64,000 bases of DNA from Basidiobolus meristosporus CBS 931.73 (GCA_002104905.1 MCFE01000141.1:62001-126000); one strand, 5' to 3'. Counted from the first letter of the stretch, positions 36,936 through 48,361 are shown. Notes: generated by a model from the letters alone, not told the origin. Numbers and translations: made by a program.

Positions 36936-39690
36936 TGTTGTAAAGATTTGTGATTCCACCTAAATATTCACCTAACTTAGTCACTTAGATCATCACCTTC
37001 AAATCCTAGAGAATACTGACCAAATTCCTTGTTGGGATTTACTTGGAATATTTTCACCAAAATACCAGGTACCCAGAACATGAAAATTCTCAAAGTTGTC
37101 CAAACAGCCCCAAACTTTGCACACATGTTCTTGGGACCTTCTTATACCTATTATACGTGATTGCTATGGCAAGACCAGTAAAAGTATAAATACTACTTTT
37201 ACTTTCAATTAATCATTAAGTGAAAACCACATAATCTACTTGTTCTCCCAATCACTTCCAATATCTCCAAGACTCTTACAACAGGTTATGAGCCCCAAGC
37301 TGTCACTCTCTGCAATGTCTACTACTGCTATTACTGAAATTTTTCCTCTACTGAAAAGTTGGATGGCTCTAACTACCAAGTGTGGAAGGTGAAGATGAAG
37401 ATGCTGCTACAAGAAAGAGGCCTTTGGGATATTGTCATGGGAGAAGAATGCCCTCCTAAAAACGTGGGAGAGGAAGCCTTAAAGTACCAGAAGAAAGAAC
37501 AAAGTGCCTTTAACTGCATTTGCCTTAATGTCAATGACAAATTGCTGATTCAATGCTCAAGAGCAAGAACGGCAAAGAATGCCTGGAAGGCATTAGAAGA
37601 CACCTACCAGTCATGTTCAGCTGCCAAGAAAATGTATCTGAGAAGAAAATTCTTTACTACAAAGATGCTGCCAGGAGAAGAAATGAAAAATCTAATTAAC
37701 AGAATTACCCTGCTGGTAGATGAGATGGAATCTGTGGGCGTACCAACTACTGATGAGGATATGATAGTTACCATCCTGAATAGCCTGACAGACAAGTTTC
37801 AGGGCCTTGTGTCAGCCTTAGAGTCCAGAACTGAAGATTTGACCTTAAATTACGTATATGGAAGGCTCCTGGATGACGAATTAAGAAAATCAAGCGCCAA
37901 TAAGAAGGAAGAAGAAAATGCTCTAATAAGCAATGATAACCAACAAAGGAGGTACCCAAGACCCTACAAAGGCAACAGCAACCTATTTTGCAACTACTGC
38001 AAAAGGAAAGGACACACATCAGACCGGTGTCTCAAAAAGAGAGATTATCAGCAAAAGAAGCCTGAATATGGAAATGCTGCAACAACTGAAGATAGACTAT
38101 TCATATCTGCACTAAATATGACCACAAACAAGGACTCTGAGATGTGGTATATTGACTCTGGAGCATCTCAACACTTTACACACCAAAAAGAACTTTTTAC
38201 CAAATACCAAGAAATTCCAATTGAAAAGCTTAAAAAGTCACTATATGGTCTCAAACAATCACCAAGAGCCTGGAATTGCAAGATAGACTCTTATTTGGAA
38301 TCTTTGAGTTTCAAAAGGAGTAATGCTGACTATAGTATATACTATAAGCCAGATAGAGCAATCCAGTTCTATTAGCTCTATATGTGGATGATCTTATTAT
38401 AGCCACCAATAACCTAGAAACATTGGAAGAGACTAAATCCAGCCTATCTAAGGAGTTCAAGATGTCTGATCTAGGAGAACTTAGTTACTACTTAGGGATT
38501 AAGTTCTCCATAGACAGAAGTACCCAGACTATTACCCTAAGCCAATCCAAGTATATTCAAGATATACTAAAGAAGTACAAAATGGAAGACTGTAAACCGG
38601 CAGCTACCCCAATGGAGACAAACCTTAACTTGGTCAAAACTCAACCAAATCAAGAGAGCTTGGTGCCATCTGAAATCCCTGACTTTCCTTATCAATCTAT
38701 GGTTGGCAGTCTGATGTATATCATGCTTGGAACACGTCCAGATATCTCATATTCAGTGGGAGTTGTCAGCCAACATAATCAGAACTATGGATCTGATCAT
38801 ATTGCAGCAGTTAAGCAAATTTTTAGATACCTAAAAGGAACTGCTGATATCTGCTTAAGATACACATATAAGGACTCAGAACAGGACCTTGTGGGATACT
38901 CTGATGCTGATTGGGGACAAAATTTGGAAGACAGAAGATCCACCACAGGATATACCTTTCTTCACTGTAAAGGAGCAATTTCATGGAATTCAAGAAAGCA
39001 ACCAACCGTAGCACTTACTACTACAGAGGCAGAGTATATGGCAGCCTGTGAAGCTACAAAAGAAGCAATGTGGTTAAGAAAACTCTTTACAGATTTAGGC
39101 CTATGTCAAAAAACGCCTATTACTTTATTTCAAGATAATCAAGGATGTATACAATTAGGTAGAAATCCAACTTTTCATGCTAGAACCAAGCACATAGATA
39201 TTAGACATCATTTCATACGTGAAGCTATAGAGAATGACTTAGTTAGCTTAGTTTACTGTCCTACAGATGAAGTGATTGCAGACATATTTACCAAACCATT
39301 AGCTAGAGACAAGATTGAATATCTTAGGTCAAAATTAGGACTAGTCAGTGTGAACATTCAGCTGAGTGGGAGTGTTGTAAAAATTTGTAACTCCACCTAA
39401 ATATTCACCTAACTTAGTCACTTAGATCATCACTTTCAAATCCTAGAGAATACTGACCAAATTCCTTGTCGGGATCTACTTGGAATATTTTCACCAAAAT
39501 ACCAAGAACCCAGAACATGAAAATTCTCAAAGTTGTCCAAACAGCCCCAAACTTTGCACACATGTTCTTGGGACCTTCCTTAACCTATTTTACGTGTTTG
39601 TAATGCCAAGACCAGGTAGAAGTATAAATACTACTTTTACATTCAATAAATCATTAAGTGAAAACCACATAATCTACTTGTTCTCCCAAT
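36936..39690 (+). mobile_element. Copia-A element 5, the least decayed copy: internally deleted and non-autonomous (gag plus PR N-part fused in frame to the RT C-half, then RNase H; no integrase); 5' LTR 36936-37283, PBS 37284-37295, 3' LTR 39373-39690 truncated
   Basis: ORF 37359-38375: gag, CNYCKRKGHTSDRC zinc knuckle, WYIDSGAS, then directly KLKKSLYGLKQSPRAW. ORF 38384-39400: (V)DD, YSDADW, TEAEY, TKHIDIR, ADIFTK. Retains several CpG. Confidence 0.95.
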
Positions 39691-39946
39691 AAGGAATTTG
39701 ATTGCAATTCTCCAAGATCTGTAGGTAACAAGTGAAGTGCTTAAGTTATATGAGTATTTAGGTGTGATTGCTAAATTTGCAATACAAAAGTGGCACTGAA
39801 GACCCTGTAATGAGCAAACCAAACTTTCTTGTTGCTACTGCCAAAGTATTGGACACTCTTCACCCTGGTGCTTCAGAAAGAGCAATAGCAAGCAAAAAAG
39901 GCAAGGGCTTAAAATGCCCAATCATTGAAGATGTATCACTCATATC

Positions 39947-40294
39947 TGTTGTAAGAGTCTTGGAGATTTTGGAAGTGATTTGGAGAACAAGTAGATTATG
40001 TGGTCTTCACTTAATGATTAATTGAAAGTAAAAGTAGTATTTATACTTTTACTGGTCTTGCCATAGCAATCACGTATAATAGGTATAAGAAGGTCCCAAG
40101 AACATGTGTGCAAAGTTTGGGGCTGTTTGGACAGCTTTGAGAATTTTCATGTTTTGGGTACATGATATTTTGGTGAGAATATTCTAAGTAAATCCCGACA
40201 AGGAATTTGGTCAGTATTCTCTAAGATTTGTAGGTAATGATCTAAGTGACTAAGCTAGGTGAATATTTAGGTGGAATTCCGAATTTATACAACA
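39947..40294 (-). mobile_element. Copia-A solo LTR (348 bp), TSD ATATC/ACATC
   Basis: TGTTGTAAGAG...TACAACA; the flanks rejoin an older Copia-A gag-PR junction (CATATC...AATATGACCACAA). Confidence 0.9.
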
Positions 40295-41414
40295 ACATCT
40301 ACAATCAATATGACCACAAGCAAGGATTCTCAGACATAGTATCACCACACAATAGGCATGTCCTTTGGACAACTTTGATATACTTTCATGTTCTGAGTAC
40401 CAGATACTTTAGTAAAGTATTCACTGTGCATACTAACAAAGAATGAGGTCCCAGTATTTTATGGTTTAAAAGCTATGACCTAAGTGACAACAATAATGAA
40501 GCATCTACATGTAGTGACAACAGCTAGGAATAGTTTATATTAGTACCAGGAAGTAGTGAACGAAGATTGAGTTTTTGAACTGGTGGCTCCAGTATTACGA
40601 ACTAAATCTCAGGTTAATATTCTATAAACCAGCCAGAAGCTTATAGAACCCCAAGATATACGGATAATTTCGGTGTAAACTAAATAGTTACTGCCGACTC
40701 TGGTGTCCGAACCTGACTATTTTCGGATCAAGTTCACTGCTGGGATTCACTTGAATTATTCTTGCTCCGAGAGAGTTCGAAATATCACAACTCTTCGCCA
40801 TTTAGATCAAGGGTCCAAGTGGTTTATGATCGATAAGTCTATACCACTCTTCCTTCCAAAAATCCCAAATAGTTCCATGTTGGGGGAAGTTTGAAGATGG
40901 GCATGATATGCACCTGCCGATTTCCAACACCTCTAGAAGAGCTTCAAGCTGACGCCACATATCTTTCAAGAATGGGCCTAGGATAGGGATGGCTTGGCGA
41001 CCACCAAGTCTTGGCCAATTCTTTCAATTAGCCAATATTCTAGGAACCAAGTCTTCTATCGACAATCCACAATCTAGCAATCAGTCGAGCGGAAACTTCG
41101 AGCATACGAATAGCGCAAACTGAATAATCTCAACCATTTCAATCCATAGCTTCCTTGGGGGGGGGGTCCGTATACTCTGCCTCAGTTATGGAAGGTGACA
41201 CAACATAGGTTGATTCATTGATTGTCAGGAAATCGTCGCACCATAATAAAGGATGACCATCCAGCTCTTGAGCCAATTGGTGGTTACCCAGAACACTCCA
41301 CCCACCGCCACCACTAGTCCCAAGTCTGTTCTCTGGCTGGGGCCCAAATCCGCAGGAATAGGGATAAGAAACCTGGCTGGCTTGGGATCGAAACGGATGG
41401 CGCCATCGTCACTG

Positions 41415-41555
41415 CTACAAGCACAATAGCCAGGTGGGATTTTTGGCCAGCCACTGGAACGGTTCAAATTCAGGCTCAGGCTCAGGCTCAGACTCGGCAG
41501 GGGGCACAGCCGCAGCACTGGGTGTTAGGATCGAGATCAGGATCCGGGATATCAT
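41415..41555 (-). CDS. Possible 46-aa small secreted peptide precursor (MISRILISILTPSAAAVPPAESEPEPEPEFEPFQWLAKNPTWLLCL)
   Basis: ATG at 41555, TAG at 41415-41417; hydrophobic N-terminus and X-Pro/X-Ala spacer. Below the ORF-track cut-off; may be chance. Confidence 0.25.
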   Translation of the reverse strand: MISRILISILTPSAAAVPPAESEPEPEPEFEPFQWLAKNPTWLLCL

Positions 41556-42364
41556 GAGAGGGATATACTCCGAAGGGATCCATCAACCCCAACTTACTAC
41601 AGTCAAATGGGCTCGAACCGGATAGGACTCAATCAAGCACCCACCTCCTTCGAAGGGCCAGCTAGGTGGACCAGATGGGAACCATACGAAACCGATGGTG
41701 TGGGTCACCTGGTGGCAACCCCACCACCCACACCAATCGACATCTGCAGAGTGAGCTTGGCGCATTTGCCCAAGCATCCTACCCGATCCCAATGATATCA
41801 TGTCCAAGGACACCAAGTGTGGTCACAAGCCAACATGGATATGGGTTTGCTCGACCTAGTCCGCTGGCCAAGCTAGCCAAATGGCGAATTTCTCGACGAA
41901 CCGATGGATCCGTCCAAATCGTGACTACGGGGTGTTTCGAATCCCCAGGTGAGCTCCGGGAAGCTCCGTCTTCGCCATCCCAGCGAACCCACCTCACGGT
42001 GTGCCGGTGCGAAGGATTCGGATTAGTCAGCAGTGGATGGTGTGAGGAATCGGATTGGTGGGGTCAACCACGGGATTTTATTAGGTTCTTTGGACATCTC
42101 CACTGAGAAATTTTATGCAAAGTAGTGGCAGAACGAATAGAAAAAAATATACAAAAGAAACAGGCCCCTCGCGGACGAAGCGGACTGATTACTGATATGA
42201 GCCGGGGATTTTGGTGGGCGTGGGGTGCTACGGGCATCCCCAGTTGATAAAAAAGCGATCGCCAGGATTATTCGGATTTCGTTTGCGTGGAGTCGGCATC
42301 TTTCTGGGTGAAGTTAGGAAGATGCTCGCCTTTCGACAGGAACAGGCTTCTTAACCAAACGATC

Positions 42365-43060
42365 TTAAGTAGGGGAAGGAAGGATCGGATGAGTACGCTG
42401 TGATAGGTGTAGATAGGCAGACGCCATCGGGTTAGTACTTACTTCATTCTCCAGCATTTTCACCTTATCCAGGGAGTTCTGCTTTTCCAGACGCACCTGA
42501 TGGAGCTCGTTTTGAAGGGCGGACATTTGTTGTGCGAATGGGTTCTCCTGCTCCAACTCCTTAACCCTCTGCTCCAACAACTGGCACTTCTCCAACGCCT
42601 CCTTCTCCCGCTGCTTTCTACGGTCGCGGAATCTGGCCGAAGCTGTAGCGTTTCTACGTCTCTTCTCGTCCAGGATTTTCCCAGCATGTTCCTCGTACGA
42701 CGAAAGCCCGCTGGAGGCAGGATATGGCTGATACCGTGTGGTGGTGGTTGTGGGAGGAGTGGTGCTTTCGGGGGAGTATGGGTGTACACCTCTTGACGGG
42801 ACGACGGCGGTGGAAACCACAGGGGCGGGAATGGCTTTTGGCAGTATCGAGACGTGCTTTCCATTGATCTCGGGGGAGTTTTTGGTGAATGGGTGGGGAA
42901 TGGAAGCAGTGGTGACCAGTGGGTTGGTGGTTTCCGGTATGGTGGAGTATGTCACAGGCACATGAGGGTTGCTGGTGTATGTGTAGGCGGGAGTGGGCTC
43001 CTCGGGGGAGCCAGAGATAAGCGAAGTAAGCGGAGGGAGTTTGAGGTGAGTCGAGTACAT
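42365..43060 (-). CDS. bZIP transcription factor, Cys-3/MetR/Met28-like basic region; probable 45-nt intron at 42398-42442
   Basis: DEKRRRNATASARFRDRRKQREKEALEKCQLLEQRVKELEQ followed by heptad leucines; Pro/Ser/Thr-rich N-terminus; GTAAGT...CACAG near the 3' end. Confidence 0.92.
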   Translation of the reverse strand: MYSTHLKLPPLTSLISGSPEEPTPAYTYTSNPHVPVTYSTIPETTNPLVTTASIPHPFTKNSPEINGKHVSILPKAIPAPVVSTAVVPSRGVHPYSPESTTPPTTTTTRYQPYPASSGLSSYEEHAGKILDEKRRRNATASARFRDRRKQREKEALEKCQLLEQRVKELEQENPFAQQMSALQNELHQVRLEKQNSLDKVKMLENEVSTNPMASAYLHLSQRTHPILPSPT

Positions 43061-44842
43061 CGTTAGTGTATCTAGGTGGAGTGGACGACTACGAGGTACT
43101 CTGGGATCAAGAAATCAGCTAAATTAGATGAATGTTGAAAAATACAGAAAAAATTGATCTCTGACTCTCTCGCATTGGGGGGAACCTTGAATCATTTATA
43201 GATGCTGGTGTGAAGGGTGATATTGGCGCAAAATGGCGCGATTTCCATGAGCTTTGTTCATTGGATGTCAGCTATATATGTGACACAGACCCAACGAGAT
43301 CTTGCTAAAAGAGGATGCTCAAGCCTATGCAATCGAGATCATACTCTCAAGTGGATATCGGCAAAAGATGGGATTTCGGCGCTGGGGTGGTGTTCACCAC
43401 GGTGATTGGCGGTGCTTCCTGGCTTCCCATCGGCCTGAGCAGCGAGCAGATGAACGGCTCAGCCAATGGGCGGCTAAGGAGGGCAAATCCATTGCTTGGT
43501 AATTTTTAGATAAGCCGAAGGCCTCGCAAGCAGAGTAAGTGATATGCAGCAGCACCCGGTTTTGCAAAACTCGTCAAAAGGTATAATAATCACCCAAAAT
43601 GGAGCAATCGCAGTGCTGTAGTCCATGCAAAGATTGGTGTTTCACTCGCGGATGATTAGTAATTGTGGATCTTGCTCCGTGGCATTTCCATTGGGATCCG
43701 CTCTCCTTGATTTATCATGGCATCTGTATTGTTCCTTCTGATGCAAGAGAAGGACGTCACGCACTTGATTGAATGTTACTCCGTATTGACGCTTTTGCAA
43801 GAGAAATTGCGCAATCGGGGATTTGGATCTCATTGGCTGTCGATGCTGGGTGTACTACGGACACTTCTTCCATTGTTGGTCACAGAAATGACCAATTTGT
43901 TGATATCATTTCGATGGCATTTCCGACCAATCAGTGACCTTCCAGGAAATGACGCACAAAGTTAGCTTTTAGGCTATTGATTTTCCGTGAGTAAAATCTC
44001 CAAGATCCAACCATAGCTTCGGATCCGATTGCAGGAGCACTTGCACGTGTCAAGTCTATAAACCGACTAGGCCATGGCTGGGATGGTTCACAAAGCAACC
44101 GTGAGGTGTGCGGTGGGAGTGAAGGCTGGTATGGCCAGTGGGCCGTAAGCAAGTTGGGGGGGGGAGCGAATCGTGCCGAGAGCAATGAGTGGTACGGTGC
44201 GTATGGGCGCCGTCAGTACTGAATCGTACCAGGCGTAGGCTCACGCCACGCCCGAGGCATATGAAATTGCATCGAAGGTTTGCAAAAGACAGGAGAAGAT
44301 TTCTCATCATGATGCACCATGATGTGCAATAATCAGTGAACTCATCAACGCCAATGGCCCATAGAGAAGGCCCCCATCGGGTTTGTTTTGAGGCTATGTT
44401 AGATATGTGAACCCCTGCCTCGCATAAACCTTGGCCTGTCTTCCACCGACACAGGGTGATGGCAACAATCAGCACAAGCTGAGACTCGTTGCTAGCCACT
44501 CCACTTGTATATACTGTTTGGATCGGCCTTCAGATACATGTGCAGAAACAGTTCAGCCCTTTGATAAGATGCAACATCAGCTAGAAAGGCCCCAGTCCAA
44601 TTGAGTGCAGTAGTTACCAAACAATCCAGATGGATGAATGGCAGGGCCTGTTTGTTCGTGATTGGGCATGGAATTCGGAACTTACTCATTCTTTTATGCT
44701 GGTTGAATCTTCCTGCCACTATTCATTATTTACTCACCTACAATTGGTTACTCCATTGTGAGTGGCTCCTTCACCCATTCATTGTCAAGTCACACGCCAT
44801 TACACCAGACACGTTGTCTATGCCTTTTCCCTGAGGCACGCC

Positions 44843-44974
44843 TATTAAATATCGCAGCGGTCCCCAAAATCCCCATCTCCAATTCACTGCTGTGGATTAA
44901 TTTCGCGCCCTTGTCAGCCCTCTGTCGACTCATTCCCTCCCCTCCTCTCTCTCTCTCTCCTCTCCTTCCCTCCT
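44843..44974 (+). promoter_or_regulatory. Core promoter of the FAM72-like gene (TATA-like TATTAAATA plus CT-rich tract)
   Basis: TATTAAATA at 44843-44851; pure pyrimidine run at 44933-44974; ATG 85 nt downstream. Confidence 0.55.
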
Positions 44975-45058
44975 GCTGTGCCACACGTAGATCGATATCG
45001 ATTGGTCGCATAGTCATCCAAAGTCAAATTCTCGTCGAGCGTCCAAAGAGCTGCCAGC

Positions 45059-45704
45059 ATGGTTTCCATATTGGTCCCGGAACGGTTTTCCACGCGTGTG
45101 CTACGTCTCCGATGCCGTCATTGCCATTCGATGTTTACCGAGCGTGGTATGAAGGTAAGCGTTTCTGTTCCAATCCTTGGGAGCCCACACTCACCGGACT
45201 CCACCCATACCATGGAAGGCTAAGCTTGTCGCCCAACCGGGCACTTTTCGTTACTCCACTGACGTGCAGCCGTATAACTGCGCATTGATCTCCTCCGGCC
45301 ACAACGAGAGCACATCCAACATACTGAACAAGGCGTGTGCATGCTTTGCCCAAGAGGTCGGATGCTTAGGATGGTAGGGCTAGCGCGTGCTTGATCTATG
45401 TCGAGAGATGGGGGCCCTAACTATCACCCAGTGGAAATGTTGTAGGCTATTACGTGGTTCATCCTTGCTCCACGTGCAATACGCGAAATACCAATGGCCA
45501 CCTATGGGTCTTCTATTTGGAGAATATCCACGAGATGTTTCGGTTGCGAGCAGATGGTAACTTGCTCAGAACCAGTCGACAACCCTCACCTTCACCTCCA
45601 CTCATCCATTTGTTTGTTTTCAAGGCAAGGATTACATACACTGGCACCAATTGGGGGACGAAACCGCTTCTGAGGGCCTTAATTCCGAAGACGCCATCCG
45701 CTGA
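45059..45704 (+). CDS. FAM72: FAM72 family protein, 151 aa, 4 exons (45059-45154, 45219-45373, 45432-45556, 45625-45704)
   Basis: Spliced product MVSILVPERFSTRVLRLRCRHCHSMFTERGMK-AKLVAQPGTFRYSTDVQP...ACACFAQEVGCLGCGNVVGYYVVHPCSTCNTRNTNGHLWVF...RLRADGKDYIHWHQL...SEDAIR follows the FAM72 pattern throughout (CxxC...RGMKA, FSTD, CxC, CLxCGNxVGYxVxxPCxxC, NNGHxWxF, terminal IR). Three GT-AG introns of 64, 58 and 68 nt with compatible phases. Confidence 0.92.
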
Positions 45705-46454
45705 CTCCGATCGGCCTATCCCGCACCTGATCTGACCAATCGGCCGTATGGAAGCCAGATCTGTACTTCAAATATGTAGAATACTTATCCCCCTCCTGCC
45801 CATAAATCCTAACCTGCCAACTGTCACTCTTTGTGGTGTTCTGGTCCACCTAGCTGTTGGCCAACCCTCATATCTAGATAAGCCTCCATCAAAGATGTAC
45901 TTGGGTAAATGTAAAATAGAAGCTCTCTTCATAGCCACCAGGACTTGACACACGATTTGTTGTTTGACCAAAGCCATCATTTGGACTCGGCCTTGAGCAG
46001 TGAGCACCACAAGTCCCACATACATATCAAGTCCAGCCTCACAGAGCATTCACTTCTCTATTGGATTAGGGAATTTGCCACTTGCCACTTGCACCCTAGG
46101 ACACTATCCAGAGATGAGATTGAGGCTGGTCTGTTTCATGGGGCTCAGCTCATGATTTCCATCCCAATTGAAGAATCCAGAATAATCATGTTTGTGGGAG
46201 AATTGTCAATGTGCCATTGGGTTTTTTCCTTGTGCTGTATAGAGTGGGGATGATCCAGGTGGAGTGACAGCAATACAGTATAAGTGGGTTGGCACGGGTG
46301 ATGGTGTGGATCTCCACATGCATGGGGACTCACAACAGCACACTGCCATCAGCAGAAACCACCAAAAATTCAACTCGAAGAAAATGACAACTAGGATGGA
46401 GGATCCATACAATATGTGCTGAATCCGATTAGTATGGGCATGGTTCCCTAAATA

Positions 46455-47078
46455 TTGCTCCAATCCCACCACACGTCCACCCCACCCACCGAGGTCGTTC
46501 TAGATGCTGCAGCATCGACCACCGCTTTTACCACGACCAAACCATTGCCCATACACGAGCAAGTGCAAATCCATGGTGACAAATTTCCTAAACTGCATCC
46601 ATTTTCACCGATTTGCTCGTGGTGGGTGCCGCGAGGCCTAGGATGCCCCTTGGCATTGCCAATCCCCGTCGATCGATCCTCCAGGTGGGATGATCCCTCA
46701 TGTTGGGAGTTGACGCAGTACAATCGGATCCTCCTCCTTCCATCCTTTCACCCATCTGCGCGAACGCCGCTCCCTGGGTATCTCAAGGTTGACCAAGCCT
46801 ACCGCGCACCCATTGGTATGCCATCCGTATTGCCTCATCCTCTCCCATCATCCAGATACCAGGCACGCCCAGCTCATCGGATCACCAAGGTCACTTCCAA
46901 CAGCCATGTGATTCTTCGTGGGACAGCGCTGGTTTCCGGAAAACCCTGGGAGAATGTTCATGGTTGTTTAGTAGCGGTGCCAGATTCAACCACAAAAATC
47001 CCCCAGGAAAAGGCCGCTGATTGGCCCATACGAGATGCAGTACCACCAGGGATCGTAGCGCCAGTGCTTGATCGGTAG
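46455..47078 (+). CDS. Hypothetical 207-codon ORF (TTG start), unrecognised
   Basis: Only its length and its position in the CpG-normal island support it; no motif, no upstream ATG. Confidence 0.2.
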   Translation: MLQSHHTSTPPTEVVLDAAASTTAFTTTKPLPIHEQVQIHGDKFPKLHPFSPICSWWVPRGLGCPLALPIPVDRSSRWDDPSCWELTQYNRILLLPSFHPSARTPLPGYLKVDQAYRAPIGMPSVLPHPLPSSRYQARPAHRITKVTSNSHVILRGTALVSGKPWENVHGCLVAVPDSTTKIPQEKAADWPIRDAVPPGIVAPVLDR

Positions 47079-48361
47079 AATAGATGGGTTGTCGAGATAA
47101 AGGCCAACATTTCGATGTCCAAAAGCGGGATTCTGCCTACTCTGCCACTGGAAAAAGAAGCCCCCTAAGCACGAGTCATGCGATGGATTCATTTGACTGC
47201 TGCGCTCTGGTTACACCTCACCAATCGAGGGCGGCCATGAGTATGAGGAGCCGTATATGGGAATCCACTGTGGGATACCATGATGGCAGCTGATTCAGTG
47301 CAATTAGCCGCCGCGCCCGATACGTCTTTGTGGCAGGTGAGGGTGATTTGTTTTCTGGTATTCAGGTGGGCGCATTCTTCCAGGGAATGTAAGGCAAACT
47401 TGGTTGAGGGGGGGTGCGCGGATTACCCAGAAAGTAGGTCCGCTGATCACAGGAGCTGGCCCCTCTTCATCAAGCCCCTGATCTCCATCCACTGGATCAA
47501 AGACGCTGGGTAACAGAGGGTATATTCCGTGCAGAGCAAAAGCATCTGTTTCAGCGAACTGGTGGTGACCTTGCCAAATATGACTCAGCGGGCAGTGAGA
47601 TCGGGAATGGGAATGTAATGCTTGGGGGGATGCCATGGTCCTGATTTTGCAGGATGGTTGATTGTGTCCACCCACTCATGCTCTCACACATAGCAAGAGC
47701 CTTGGTTTCAAGAACCGGATATACTGCCAGACATCTAGCTGGAGGTTGCTACGCTGTAGAGCTCGCCGCGTAGGGGAAGCCCGTAGCAGGAGGTCCCTGC
47801 CCTTGAATACCACTAGAGCATGCAGTATGACCTAGCGATGCAGCATACATCAGCACCTCATGTGAGTCCCTTGTTTCGCCCCCTGGGATGAAAAAACAAA
47901 TTGGTTTCCCAATTGCCCTGCCGCCCAGTACTCACGCGGGCCATTTTCTGGATATGGGTGCCCCCATGCCATCCCGCAGCTGGATTTGGCCGAGCCGAAG
48001 TTCCATTTGTCTTTGTGTCTCCTCGCGCCATGATCCCCCGGTTGGCAATCAATCGACAGGGCGTGATTTCCAGGGTTTCTAGGATTCAACATCGGTTGTT
48101 TATTTACAAACATGCTTATTCAACGAGGCAATGATTGTTCTTACTAAATGGTCAACATCATTGTGATGTAAGATATCGCAAATGAGAGTGGGGATCAACC
48201 TTGTCACTTGGCTGGCAAATCATCTCTCGCGCATGCGATTGATCAGTAGGCTCAGTCCCGTTTGGCCGAGATGGATTAGAATTATCGGGGTGGTCACTCT
48301 GGACATCAGGTAGAAATACAGTTATTTTACATCAGGCTTGGCAAGCCCTCGGAGGATACCG

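Noticed and set aside
39340-39400. RNase H frame reading through the PPT into the 3' LTR in element 5
   Set aside because: Two other copies have TAG at the codon that is CAG here, so it may be a private change; no functional inference is possible.
41585-41660. Minus-strand GGTTCGAGCCC, a Pol III B-box/tRNA T-loop look-alike
   Set aside because: Flanks do not form a T-stem or acceptor stem and there is no convincing A-box; no tRNA is supported.
42460-43066. Several ORFs overlapping the bZIP gene in other frames or antisense
   Set aside because: Shadows of a GC-rich coding region.
44043-44048. CACGTG upstream of the Cys-3/MetR-like bZIP (Cbf1-type sulfur-regulon site)
   Set aside because: A lone hexamer ~1 kb from both flanking genes; not distinguishable from background.
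44758-45288. 176-codon ORF overlapping the FAM72 5' region
   Set aside because: Runs through the promoter CT tract and intron 1 in a different frame from the FAM72 exons; a shadow ORF.
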